Notes: a model not told the origin generated them from the sequence alone. Shown: positions 40,720-50,738, counted from the stretch's first letter. The stretch: DNA of 64,000 nucleotides from Candidatus Freyarchaeum deiterrae (GCA_037305845.1 CP147778.1:3008001-3072000), one strand, 5' to 3'. Numbers and translations: made by a program.

Positions 40720-40876
40720 TCAAAAACCATCCATCAATTTTTTTACTATATTGTTAAGCGACTCACAGAGTTTCAAAATCCCTTCAATCCGCCATAATAA
40801 ATGGAAGTTTCGGTCATATCTTTTACCTCTTACCAAGTTAAATTAACGATTTCTTTTTTTATATATAATTTTGTTG

Positions 40877-40897
40877 AATTTGTAATAGATACACTAA
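40877..40897. promoter_or_regulatory. Candidate NrtR operator upstream of the OYE gene
   Basis: AATTTGTAATAGATACACTAA = GT-N7-AC, sharing the TACACTAAG half-site with the box at 43092. Confidence 0.55.
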
Positions 40898-41156
40898 GTT
40901 CCCCTTAGCGAATTTACATGGAAAATAGGGGGATAAGATAAGAAGAAAATTATAGGGGGAAAGATGTGTCGTCACGTCAAAAATGTGAATATGATTTATT
41001 TCACCGACACATAATAGGACCCCTCATTGCACTGAGAGTATGATTCTATGCCCGTTGTTCTCTGCCCGACTTCGCTCACTTGAGAATATGCCCCAGAATG
41101 GGAGAATTTCTATCAGAAAAATTGGAACTAAAAATGATTTTAAGAAATTATATTTT

Positions 41157-41864
41157 TCACATTTTTGTGGTAATTCCTAATTCCAGTCTCGTCCATCTGA
41201 ATCCGGGTATTTTCTTACTTTTTAGGTCTTTTTTGAACATGTAGAGTCTTGCGGGGCGGTGTACACCGAGTTTGTATTTCTCTGTAGGTTCGATTATTCC
41301 CATAGAGAATATTTTCTTTCTGAAATTTCTTTTATCTAGTTTCTCGCCTAGTATAACTTCGTAAACTTTTTGAAGCTCAGTTAGGGTAAAGAGTTCTGGC
41401 AGAAAGTCAAGGGCTATTGCGGTGTATTCCAGCTTGCTTTTTAGTCTCTGATGAGCGTACTTAATTATCTTCTCATGATCAAATGCTACGACAGGGAGTT
41501 CATAAACTGGGTGCCAGTCTACTTTTTCTGAAATTTTAATCTTTTCTGGATCCACCATCGCAAAGTAAGCGATTGTTACTATTCTTATACTAGGGTCTCT
41601 TTCTACTTCTCCATAGGTGTAGAGTTGCTCTAGGTGAAGGTTTTCAAAAATTCCTACTTTTTCCTTCAAAACCCTGATTGACGCTTCTTCGAGGTTTTCA
41701 TCTCTTTTTACGAATGTTCCGGGGAGTGCCCAATATTCCTCGCAGTTCGGGAAGCCTCTTTTTTTTAGTAGAACTTTTAAATCACCATCTTTTATTCCAA
41801 ATATGCACACACCCACTGTGACGTACACTTCTGATGTTTCAAGCTCATTTGTACTAGTAGACAC
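41157..41864 (-). CDS. nrtR: NrtR Nudix-related transcriptional regulator
   Basis: WALPGTFV, EQLYTYGE..RDP, FDHEKII; wHTH FTLTELQKVYEVILGEKLDKRNFRKK, RPARLY. Confidence 0.92.
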   Translation of the reverse strand: MSTSTNELETSEVYVTVGVCIFGIKDGDLKVLLKKRGFPNCEEYWALPGTFVKRDENLEEASIRVLKEKVGIFENLHLEQLYTYGEVERDPSIRIVTIAYFAMVDPEKIKISEKVDWHPVYELPVVAFDHEKIIKYAHQRLKSKLEYTAIALDFLPELFTLTELQKVYEVILGEKLDKRNFRKKIFSMGIIEPTEKYKLGVHRPARLYMFKKDLKSKKIPGFRWTRLELGITTKM

Positions 41865-43023
41865 TTAGATCCACCTTCTCCAGTCTTGGATTGGGCCGAT
41901 AGGGTCTTCCCGTTTTATGTAAAGTTATGAATTCGTCGCCCTCAAAATAACCCATAATGTCAGAGGTTGCCTGAAATCGTTGGTCCGCGAAGCCGGCACC
42001 TATAAAATCGAAAAGTTTCAAATCATACTTTTTTTCGCCTAACACGAACGCTTCAACCTTTTTGGGATCGCTGAATCCGCTTGATAGTGCTATTCCTAAA
42101 TCAGGATATCCTTCATCATTAAATTCTCGTCTTGCAGCGGCTACTGCTTCCACGGTGACTCCTGTTCCCGTCCAGTATTTTCTTCCGTCGAATGGCAGTC
42201 CACCCTCTGCGACGACAGCTCCATTTGTGTCAAATCTCGGCCCCCAGAAATTGTCCCCTAATACCTCAGCAACTCGGAGAGTGTCTGTTATTTCCCTGTT
42301 GAATGTGTCCGCAAGGAAAATTCTAGGAACATCTTTAGGCATGTGTTTGTGGAATGCTTTCATAGTTTCAACAGCCGAATCCTCCTCTCCATACTTCGAA
42401 GCTATAGCTAGAACCAATGCGTGTGGTACTGTACCCACACCCTTCTGTCCAAACGTCGCTGCACCAATATCTGTTGAAGTTGAAGTTGCTCCACCCTCAT
42501 ATGCAGCTCTTGCTATTTTGGCATCCCACTCATATCCAAAATGTCTTGCCCCAAAATAGGATATCGGTCTGGGACCAAATTTACTTTTATTCATTATATT
42601 AACAAGTTCTTTAACATTAGCCTTGATTTTTTTCACATCTGGGTCGGTTTCATTATTCTCCTGGTCTGTTCTGCCCGATAGGATTGAAAGATACATAGTC
42701 TCTAACTCAATTAAATCCTGAACAGGGCCTTCGATAACCATTAGAGTTTCTTCGGGTTGATACTGAACTCCATCATGGAGAGCAAAAATTCTTCCATCAT
42801 GTTCCGCTAGTTTTGGACTGTACTTCATAATTGCAGCTATAGCTTCGTCTATCCCTCCGGTCACGCTGGGGCCTTTCCTAATAAAAACCTGATATCTAAC
42901 GTATGTGTTGATTCCTTCTTTTCTGATTATCTCCCCGCTTCTCAGGAAATACACGTCAGTGTGTGGTTCGTGTCTCGGTGGAAACTCAAAATCAGTTTTT
43001 CTTTCAACCCTCATTACATTCAC
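41854..43023 (-). CDS. Nicotinate (or nicotinamide) phosphoribosyltransferase
   Basis: TDVYF, FGARH, GTVPHAL, DTFN, RFDT; co-transcribed with nrtR. Probable start is the ATG at 43014. Confidence 0.85.
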   Translation of the reverse strand: MNVMRVERKTDFEFPPRHEPHTDVYFLRSGEIIRKEGINTYVRYQVFIRKGPSVTGGIDEAIAAIMKYSPKLAEHDGRIFALHDGVQYQPEETLMVIEGPVQDLIELETMYLSILSGRTDQENNETDPDVKKIKANVKELVNIMNKSKFGPRPISYFGARHFGYEWDAKIARAAYEGGATSTSTDIGAATFGQKGVGTVPHALVLAIASKYGEEDSAVETMKAFHKHMPKDVPRIFLADTFNREITDTLRVAEVLGDNFWGPRFDTNGAVVAEGGLPFDGRKYWTGTGVTVEAVAAARREFNDEGYPDLGIALSSGFSDPKKVEAFVLGEKKYDLKLFDFIGAGFADQRFQATSDIMGYFEGDEFITLHKTGRPYRPNPRLEKVDLSVY

Positions 43024-43024
43024 C

Positions 43025-43045
43025 TTAGTGTATTTTTTACACTTA
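43025..43045. promoter_or_regulatory. NrtR operator 1
   Basis: TTAGTGTATTTTTTACACTTA palindrome, GT-N7-AC, abutting the SD. Confidence 0.8.
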
Positions 43046-43091
43046 CAAATCCCTAATAATAAATTGCGCCTACGAATATAAATTCATTTAG

Positions 43092-43112
43092 TTTTTGTAA
43101 ATTGTACACTAA
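43092..43112. promoter_or_regulatory. NrtR operator 2
   Basis: TTTTTGTAAATTGTACACTAA, GT-N7-AC, near the TATA region. Confidence 0.7.
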
Positions 43113-43299
43113 GTAAAGGATTATAATACTAACATAATTAAATAATAAAGAGAAACTTTCACAATCCTAATCACAACTATCTTCTAAAAATAGTGCTTTT
43201 CAACGTTTGGCCGGTGTTTATTGCAAATCTGAAGTCTCTAGAGTATGCTACTCTTCTCTCATAAATTGTAATGAAAAATAAAAAGTAGGGAAAATAAAA

Positions 43300-43923
43300 T
43301 TATTTTTCCTTGGTTTTTGGTTCTTTTTTGATTCTTTCTTCTTCTTGGGTGTGGAGTGTCATTAGAATTTTGGATTTGCCATTTCCGAGGATTGTTAGTT
43401 CATAGATGTAGTCTGCTGCTTCTTGTGTTTTTGGTCCTGGTGATATTTCTGTGATCTTCAAGTCGGGTGTCTCTGTTATTACGAGTTTTAAAAATATGTC
43501 GTACCCGTTTTTGTTTTCAATAATGATTTGCCTTTTATAGTCAACCGGCGTTGTACGGATTATTAGTTCGCCTACCTCAACTTCGGTTTTTTTGCCTTTA
43601 ATTCTGTCCTCAAACTTGCTTACGCAGAACACGCTCTTATCGATGATGCTTTGGGTTTCAAATTTTTTTGATTCAAAGCTTCCCTCGGTTTCGGTCGAAA
43701 GAAAGGGCAAGCCGCCCTTTAACATGGTTATGGAGCTCTTAGGAATATTGGTTGCTTCGGATATTTCAAAAACAAACTTTAAGGACGAATCTAATTTTAT
43801 TTCCAACTGTAGTGCTTCGTTTAACCAGTGTTTCAAATATATTTCGTGAATTTTTTTAACTTCAGCACTAACTTTCTGAATCGGCACAACAGCGGGTCGT
43901 CTCTGAGTAACAGTCAATTTCAT
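43300..43923 (-). CDS. DUF4139-like C-terminal-half protein
   Basis: Beta-rich; RQIIIENKN...LVITETP pattern; follows the DUF4140-like gene. Confidence 0.55.
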   Translation of the reverse strand: MKLTVTQRRPAVVPIQKVSAEVKKIHEIYLKHWLNEALQLEIKLDSSLKFVFEISEATNIPKSSITMLKGGLPFLSTETEGSFESKKFETQSIIDKSVFCVSKFEDRIKGKKTEVEVGELIIRTTPVDYKRQIIIENKNGYDIFLKLVITETPDLKITEISPGPKTQEAADYIYELTILGNGKSKILMTLHTQEEERIKKEPKTKEK

Positions 43924-43949
43924 TTTTGAACCTCCCTTCTTTCATACGT

Positions 43950-44675
43950 CTATCTCATTACCATTTTCAGGTTTTGCATCTCGTTCATCGCTTGACTCCT
44001 ACGCATAGAAGCCTTCCTTGTCTCAGTTTGTTGACCAGAAGGAGGAGTAGGATTAGGAAGACCTTCAGACATATCTATGGGCATTGGAGGGATTTCAAGT
44101 CCTAGATCGAATTCTGCTAGTGCAATATCTGAGTCGTAGGCAAAATTAGTGTTATTAATAATCGTTGCTGAAACATTAATTACTGCGGCTCCTTCGCCTG
44201 TAAGGTCTATTACCATTCTGGGTTCCCAGTAGATTCGGTTATCAAAAAGTATATATTTGATTTTTAGAGAGCAGGTTTTTTCGGTTTTGGAATCCACCCA
44301 TATTTTTACTTCGGCGAATTCATCCTGATACATACTGTAATAAATTGATTCACAAAGTTCCAAGAGCTGTTGCCTTTTATAAGGCAATCTTCTACTCTTA
44401 TCTATAATATCTCTGGAGACTTCCTGACGCGTCCTTATTTCTTCGTAAACAAATTCTGGCACTGGCTTTTTAATGTCTATTTGCTGCACATAAGCATCAT
44501 CGCAGTTTAATTCAACTTGTATCTGATTAATATCGAAAGAAGCTGGAATATCTTCAATTCTAAAGGTATTCATCCCTTTTACTAATTGCACCATTCCTTC
44601 ACGTTCAATCAAGGCACCGCCTTTATCAAAAATAATAACAGACGACACCTTGGGATTAAATGACTCAATAGACAT
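43950..44675 (-). CDS. DUF4140/MuiA-like N-terminal domain protein
   Basis: VSSVIIFDKGGALIEREG...G.N.FRIEDIPASFD...IQV, WEP, ATIINNT. Confidence 0.65.
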   Translation of the reverse strand: MSIESFNPKVSSVIIFDKGGALIEREGMVQLVKGMNTFRIEDIPASFDINQIQVELNCDDAYVQQIDIKKPVPEFVYEEIRTRQEVSRDIIDKSRRLPYKRQQLLELCESIYYSMYQDEFAEVKIWVDSKTEKTCSLKIKYILFDNRIYWEPRMVIDLTGEGAAVINVSATIINNTNFAYDSDIALAEFDLGLEIPPMPIDMSEGLPNPTPPSGQQTETRKASMRRSQAMNEMQNLKMVMR

Positions 44676-44928
44676 GTTTAGTATCCACCTCTATTCAAAA
44701 ACTTTCAATTCGCCGTAAGATAAATGGTCTATCTTACATTAAAACTTAGCCTCAGAAAAATGAACAATAGAAAAATATTGAGAAGAGATACTCCCACATA
44801 AATTTGTCAAGATTTATAAAAAACAAATTTATTATGCCTTTTTTAAACCACCCCTATCCTGCGTCTTGGTTGGTTCTACCCCCGCCCTCTTCCTTGTGGT
44901 TTTTCATCTTCCCCTTTCAGAGGATGTT

Positions 44929-45735
44929 TCACGCCCTACCCGGTTCCAGATCATCATCCATATCCTTAAGAAGCGGGGCACGTTTCCCTGCAAGGTTGGG
45001 GTTTATCTTTATAGCCTCATCGTAGCATTTTATCGCCTCATCGCGCTTTCCGAGATTATCCAATGCTGTGCCCTTGTTATACCATGCATCTGCATAGTTG
45101 GGGTCTATCTTTATCGCCTTATCGTAGCATTTTATCGCTTCATCGCGCTTTCCGAGATTATCCAATGCTGTGCCCTTGTTATACCATGCATCTGCATCTT
45201 TGGGGTTTATCTTTATAGCTTCATCGTAGCATTTTATCGCTTCATCGAATTTTCCGAGATCATACAACAATGCTGTGCCCTTGTTATACCATGCATCTGC
45301 ATCTTTGGGGTTTATCTTTATAGCCTCATCGTAGGATTCTATCGCCTCATTTGGCTTTACGGCACCAATCCTGAATCCAAATAAATCGGCCATCGTCTCT
45401 CCGAGCTTTTCGGCTTCAGGCCTAAACAATTCTGCGACCTTTTCTGCGACCCTTTGGTTCACCTCTTCGCGCTTTTTGGGGCCACCCTGTGGAATGGCCT
45501 TGTTAATCCTTGCATCTGTATGGTTGGGGTTTATCTTTAGAGCCTCATCGTAGCATTTTATCGCTTCATCGCGCTTTCCGAGACCATCCAATGCGTCGCC
45601 CTTGTTATACCATGCATCTGCATCTTTGGGGTTTATCTTTAGAGCCTCATCGTAGCATTTTATCGCCTCATCGTACTTTCCGAGCCTAGCCAACCCAATG
45701 CCCTTTTCAATCAATTCCTTTGCCGTTTTAGACAT
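44929..45735 (-). CDS. TPR protein, cassette copy 1
   Basis: AWYNKG..L..LGK.DEAIKCYDEAIKINP repeats. ATG at 45735 follows an AGGTGA SD; the ORF-track start at 45789 is probably too long. Confidence 0.92.
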   Translation of the reverse strand: MSKTAKELIEKGIGLARLGKYDEAIKCYDEALKINPKDADAWYNKGDALDGLGKRDEAIKCYDEALKINPNHTDARINKAIPQGGPKKREEVNQRVAEKVAELFRPEAEKLGETMADLFGFRIGAVKPNEAIESYDEAIKINPKDADAWYNKGTALLYDLGKFDEAIKCYDEAIKINPKDADAWYNKGTALDNLGKRDEAIKCYDKAIKIDPNYADAWYNKGTALDNLGKRDEAIKCYDEAIKINPNLAGKRAPLLKDMDDDLEPGRA

Positions 45736-46293
45736 TTTCTTCACCTTTAACTCGTTATTAAAGAAAAATTTGCTGAACCAAACACACATACGTGTACGAA
45801 ATTCATATTCCCTCCTATTTCGGAGTTGTTAAGTAAGCGAGCTTTATTTTACTTTTATTCGCAATTTCAGCGATACACCTTAACTTAATATTTATCGCCG
45901 CCACCTCTCAACATCAAATAAATGATTTTTTCTTAAATCTTATATATAGATATATAACTCATTCTTATTTCTTTCGCAATTTTTTAGCTTCCTCTGCACT
46001 TGAAACGAAACCAACCATTTTTAATTTCGATTCAAGTTTCAAACACGCTTACAGAAAGATGATTCGCAAGAAAGCCCAAGTCCCCTTTAGGAGGGTGGAA
46101 GAATTGCGAGAGGCTCAAATACCGAGAAAAGAGGAAAGCGAATAATAGGGCTGGTTCACCCGACGAAGAAGAAAAGGGTGTGGAAGCCGTTAATCGGGCG
46201 GTGGCACACGCCCCACACTTCTTGAACAACAGAAGTGTAGAACCCCCAACCTTTCCCTTTTCAGAGGGTGTTTCACGCTCTACCGGTTCCAGA
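45736..46293. repeat. Conserved intergenic spacer of the TPR cassette, copy 1
   Basis: Highly similar to 47257-47810 over its full length and to 49587-49910 over the promoter half. Confidence 0.92.
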
Positions 46294-47256
46294 TCATCCA
46301 CCCTTAAGAAGCTGGGCACGTTTCTCTGCGAGTTTGGGGTTTATCTTTATAGCCTCATCGTAGCATGCTATCGCCTCATCACGCTTCCCTAGATCAAACA
46401 ATGCTATGCCCTTGTATAACCATGCATCTGCGAGTTTGGGGTTTATCTTTATAGCCTCATCGTAGCATGCTATCGCCTCATCATACTTTCCGAGAAGAAG
46501 CAATGCATGGCCCTTGACAAACCATGTCCTTGCATCTTTGGGGTTTAGCTTTAGAGCCTCATCGAAGCATTCTATCGCCTCATTGAGCTTTCCGAAACCA
46601 TCCAATGCTGCGCCCTTGCCCAACCATGCATCTGCGAGTTTGGGGTTTATCTTTAGAGCCTTATCGTAGCATGCTATCGCCTCATCGAGTTTTCCGAGAT
46701 GAAACAATGCAACGCCCTTGTTATTCCATGCTGCTGCATCTTTGGGGTTTAGCTCTAGAACCTCATCGAAGCATTCTATCGCCTCATCATGCTTTCCGAG
46801 ACCATCCAATGCTGCGCCCTTGCCCAACCATGCATCTGCATATTTGGGGTTTATCTTTAGAGCCTTATCGTAGCATGCTATCGCCTCATCGAGTTTTCTG
46901 AGACCAAGCAATGCATTGCCCTTGTTAACCCATTGCTCATCGGGCTTTTCGAGACCAAACAATGCTGCGCCCATGTCTCTCGCCTTATCGGGATTTCCTA
47001 TACCAAACACTGCAATGAACTTGTTATCATTTGCCTCTTTATATTTGGGTTTTATCTTTATAGCCTCATCGAAGCATTCTATCGCCTCATCATGCTTTCC
47101 GAGATCAAGCAATGCAACGCCCTTGTTATTCCATGCCTCTGCATCTTTGGGTTTTATCTTTATAGCCTCATCGAAGCATTCTATCGCCTCATCATGCTTT
47201 CCGAGACCAAGCAATGCAACGCCCTTTTTAAGCCATTCCTCTGCCTTTTTAACCAT
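46294..47256 (-). CDS. TPR protein, cassette copy 2
   Basis: TPR repeats; ends LAEKRAQLLKGG; homologous ATG at 47256. Confidence 0.92.
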   Translation of the reverse strand: MVKKAEEWLKKGVALLGLGKHDEAIECFDEAIKIKPKDAEAWNNKGVALLDLGKHDEAIECFDEAIKIKPKYKEANDNKFIAVFGIGNPDKARDMGAALFGLEKPDEQWVNKGNALLGLRKLDEAIACYDKALKINPKYADAWLGKGAALDGLGKHDEAIECFDEVLELNPKDAAAWNNKGVALFHLGKLDEAIACYDKALKINPKLADAWLGKGAALDGFGKLNEAIECFDEALKLNPKDARTWFVKGHALLLLGKYDEAIACYDEAIKINPKLADAWLYKGIALFDLGKRDEAIACYDEAIKINPKLAEKRAQLLKGG

Positions 47257-47810
47257 TTTCATCACCTATAACTCGTTATTGAAGAAAAATTTGCTGAACC
47301 AAACACACATACGTGTACGAAATTCATATTCCCTCCTATTTCGGAGTTGTTAAGTAAGCGGGCTTTATTTTACTTTTATTCTCAATTTCAGCGATGCACC
47401 TTAACTTGATATTTATCTCCGCTACCTCTCAGCGTCAAATAAATGATTTTTTTTCTTGAAGCTTATATAGCTTTATAACTTGTTCTTATTTCTTTCGAAA
47501 TTTTTTTGCTTCCTCTGCACTCGAAACGAAACCAACCATTTTTAATTTCGTCAAGTTTCAAACACGCTTACAGAAAGATGATTAGCAAGAAAGCCCAAGT
47601 CCCCTTTAGGACGGGGGAAGAATTGCGAGAAGTTCAAATATCAAGAAAAGAGGAAAGCGAATAATAGGGCTTGCTCACCCGACGAAGAAGAAAAGGGTGC
47701 GGAAGCCGTTAATCGGGCGGTGGCACACGCCCCACACTTCTAACAACAGAAGTGTAGAACCCCCAACCTTTCCCCTTTCAGAGGATGTTTCACGCTCTAC
47801 CGGTTCCAGA
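47257..47810. repeat. Conserved intergenic spacer, copy 2
   Basis: Aligns to 45736-46293. Confidence 0.92.
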
Positions 47811-49586
47811 TCATCCACCCTTAAGAAGCTGGGCACGTTTCTCTGCGAGTTTGGGGTTTATCTTTATAGCATTATCAATGCATTTTATCGCCTCATCGCG
47901 CTTTCCGAGACCAAGCAATGCATCGCCCTTGTTAACCCATGCACCTGCATGGTTGGGGTTTATCTTTATCGCCTCATCGTAGCATGCTACCGCCTCATCG
48001 CGCTTTCCGAGACCACTCAATGCTACGCCCTTGCTATACCAAGCCTCTTCATATTTGGGGTTTATCTTTATCGCCTCATCGTAGCATTTTATCGCCTCAT
48101 TGCGCTTTCCGAGACCACTCAATGCTACGCCCTTGCTATACCATGCCCATGCATATTCGGGTTCTATCTTTATCGCCTCATCGTAGCATTCTACCGCCTC
48201 ATCGCCCTTTCCGAGACCACGCAATGCGTTGCCCTTGTCAACCCATGGACCTGCATTTTTGGGGTTTATCTTTATCGCCTCCTCGTAGCATTTTATCGCC
48301 TCATCGCCCTTTCCGAGATCAAGCAATGCAGCGCCCTTTTTAGTCCATGCATCTGCATGGTTGGGGTTTATCTTTATCGCCTCCTCGTAGCATTTTATCG
48401 CCTCATCATGCTTTCCGAGACAATTCAATGCATTGCCCTTGTTATACCATGCCTCTGCATCGTTGGGGTTTATCTTTATAGCCTTATCAAAGCGTTCTAT
48501 TGCCTCCTCGGGATTTGAGAAATAACCCAAGGATTCACTGAACTTTACTGCAGCGTCTTTAAAGGCCTTGTCAAAAATGCCCTTTTCAAGGGCCTTGTCA
48601 AAAGTGCCATTGAGTCCAAGAACCTCCTCCAAAATGTCTGTGAATTCCTCCTCATCACCGAACTCTTCGAGACCACCCAATGCAATGCCCTTGTCTATTG
48701 CCTCCTCGGGTTTTCCGAGACCACGCAATGCAATGTCCTTGTTATTCCTTGCATTTGCATAGTTGGGGTCTATCTTTATCGCCTCATCGTAGTATTTTAT
48801 CGCCTCCTCGGGCTTTCCGAGATCACCCAATGCTACGCCCTTGTTATTCCATGCATTTGCATTGTTGGGGTTTATCTTTATCGCCTCATCGTAGCATTCT
48901 ATCGCCTCCTCGGGCTTTCCGAGACCATAAAATGCTACGCCCTTGTTATTCCATGCCTCTGCATTTTTGGGGTTTATCTTTATAGCCTCATCGTAGCATT
49001 TTATCGCCTCATCATGCTTTCCGAGATCACCCAATGCTACGCCCTTGTTATACCATGCACCTGCATGGTTGGGGTTTATCTTTATCGCCTCATCGTAGCA
49101 TTCTATCGCCTCATTGCGCTTTCCGAGATCACTCAATGCATTGCCCTTGTTATACCATGGCTCTTCATGGTTGGGGTTTATCTTTATAACTTTATCATAG
49201 CATTCTATTGCCTCCTCGCGCTTTCCGAGATCATAAAATGCATTGCCCTTGTTATACCATGCTTCTTCAGAGTTGGGGAATATATTTGTATACTCATCGT
49301 AGCATTTTATTGCCTCCTCGGGCTTTCCGAGATCAAGCAATAAATCGCCCTTGATATGCCATGTCCCTGCATCTTTGGGGTTTATCCTTGTAACCTCGTC
49401 GTAGCATTTTATCTGCTCCTCGGGCTTTCCGAGACCAGTCAATGCAATGCCCTTGTATAACCATGCCTCTGCATAGTTGGGGTCTATCTCTATAACCTTA
49501 TCAAAGCATTTTATTGCCTCATCGTACTTTCTGTGCAGATACAAACCATAGCCCTTTTTATACAATTCCTTTGCCTTTTTATCCAT
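47811..49586 (-). CDS. TPR protein, cassette copy 3
   Basis: TPR repeats; ends LAEKRAQLLKGG; homologous ATG at 49586. Confidence 0.92.
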   Translation of the reverse strand: MDKKAKELYKKGYGLYLHRKYDEAIKCFDKVIEIDPNYAEAWLYKGIALTGLGKPEEQIKCYDEVTRINPKDAGTWHIKGDLLLDLGKPEEAIKCYDEYTNIFPNSEEAWYNKGNAFYDLGKREEAIECYDKVIKINPNHEEPWYNKGNALSDLGKRNEAIECYDEAIKINPNHAGAWYNKGVALGDLGKHDEAIKCYDEAIKINPKNAEAWNNKGVAFYGLGKPEEAIECYDEAIKINPNNANAWNNKGVALGDLGKPEEAIKYYDEAIKIDPNYANARNNKDIALRGLGKPEEAIDKGIALGGLEEFGDEEEFTDILEEVLGLNGTFDKALEKGIFDKAFKDAAVKFSESLGYFSNPEEAIERFDKAIKINPNDAEAWYNKGNALNCLGKHDEAIKCYEEAIKINPNHADAWTKKGAALLDLGKGDEAIKCYEEAIKINPKNAGPWVDKGNALRGLGKGDEAVECYDEAIKIEPEYAWAWYSKGVALSGLGKRNEAIKCYDEAIKINPKYEEAWYSKGVALSGLGKRDEAVACYDEAIKINPNHAGAWVNKGDALLGLGKRDEAIKCIDNAIKINPKLAEKRAQLLKGG

Positions 49587-49910
49587 TTTCTTCACCTATA
49601 ACTCGTTATTAAAGAGAAATTTGCTGAACCAAACACACATATGTGTGTATGAGATTCACATTCTCTCCTATTTCGGAGTTGTTAAGTAAGCGAGCTTTAT
49701 TTTACTTTTATTCGCAATTTCAGCGATACACCTTAAGTTAATATTTATCTCCGCTATCTCTCAACATCAAATAAATGATTTTTTTCTTAAAAATTAAATA
49801 TAGAGAGATATGTAACTTATTCTTATTTCTTTCGCAATTTTTTAGCTTCCTCTGCACTTGAAACGAAACCAACTATTTTTAATTTCGGTTCAAGCTTCAA
49901 ACACTTTTAC
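49587..49910. repeat. Conserved leader/promoter block, copy 3
   Basis: Aligns to 45736 to about 46050. Confidence 0.9.
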
Positions 49911-50084
49911 TATTAAACACTACTCCAAAAAATCACTCTGAACTCTTTACCCGACCATCATTAGAAGTGATTCTCCTTGAGTCCAAGAAATAGAGGTGGC
50001 AATTCAAAAGTAGAAAAGCTTCACACCAAAACAGTTTCAACCCTGAATCTAGAACCTAAGAAATAGCTTAAACACCCCCGCTTT

Positions 50085-50215
50085 CATCCCTCTTAACACT
50101 CTATTTAGAGACACTACTACCCTTGCGTCCCCCAAATCTCTCCAAGAGCCTGCGCTGCACGCTCTCGAAAATACCAAGTTTCGTCCTTTAGCCCTGTATT
50201 AGTGGTTCTAAGGGC
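50085..50215 (-). pseudogene. Frameshifted HEAT-repeat remnant
   Basis: Reads LEPLIQ/KDETWYFRERAAQALGEI/GDARVVVSL across two frameshifts; DNA resembles the HEAT genes (ATTAGTGGTTCTA). Confidence 0.7.
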
Positions 50216-50303
50216 AGCTCAGTCAGTGAGGGTTTCGTCAAGAGAGAAGGGGGCGAGGTGTGGCGAAGGGGAAGAAAAAACTAGGAATAGTTGAACCCTT
50301 AGT

Positions 50304-50738
50304 TTACAATTTTCCAATGTCCTCGTTCCATAGTTGAGGGTTGCCCTGTATGAACTTATTCATTAATTGCTTACATTCGTCAAGGTTCAGGTCGATTACT
50401 TCAACTCCATGTGATTCCATAAATTCTCTTGCGCCAGCGAAGGTTTCAGATTCGCCGACAATCATTTTCTTAATTCCGAACTGAACGACCGCTCCGGCGC
50501 AAAGGAAACAGGGCATTAACGTGGAATAAAGAATGGTATCGCTATATTTGCCGATTCTTCCCGCGTTTCGTAGGCAATCAATTTCTGCGTGCATAATTGG
50601 GTCATTCTCTTGTACACGTTTATTATGTCCTCTCCCTACAATTTTTCTGCCCTTCACTAGGGCTGAACCAATCGGAATCCCGCCTTCACTTAGTCCCTGT
50701 TTCGCTTCTTCAATAGCAGCTCTCATGAATGGGTCCAT
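50304..50738 (-). CDS. Cytosine/nucleoside deaminase (zinc-dependent)
   Basis: HAEIDC and PCFLC motifs; WNEDIG C-terminus as in yeast-type cytosine deaminases. Confidence 0.92.
   Translation of the reverse strand: MDPFMRAAIEEAKQGLSEGGIPIGSALVKGRKIVGRGHNKRVQENDPIMHAEIDCLRNAGRIGKYSDTILYSTLMPCFLCAGAVVQFGIKKMIVGESETFAGAREFMESHGVEVIDLNLDECKQLMNKFIQGNPQLWNEDIGKL

Noticed and set aside
44866-49343. Long plus-strand hydrophobic/Cys-rich ORFs (e.g. 44866..45384, 47697..48518)
   Set aside because: Antisense shadows of the repetitive TPR genes; their periodicity mirrors the TPR codons and they lack an RBS.
44929-49586. Diversity-generating retroelement acting on TPR or HEAT repeats
   Set aside because: No reverse transcriptase or template repeat in the window, and the variation is not adenine-specific.
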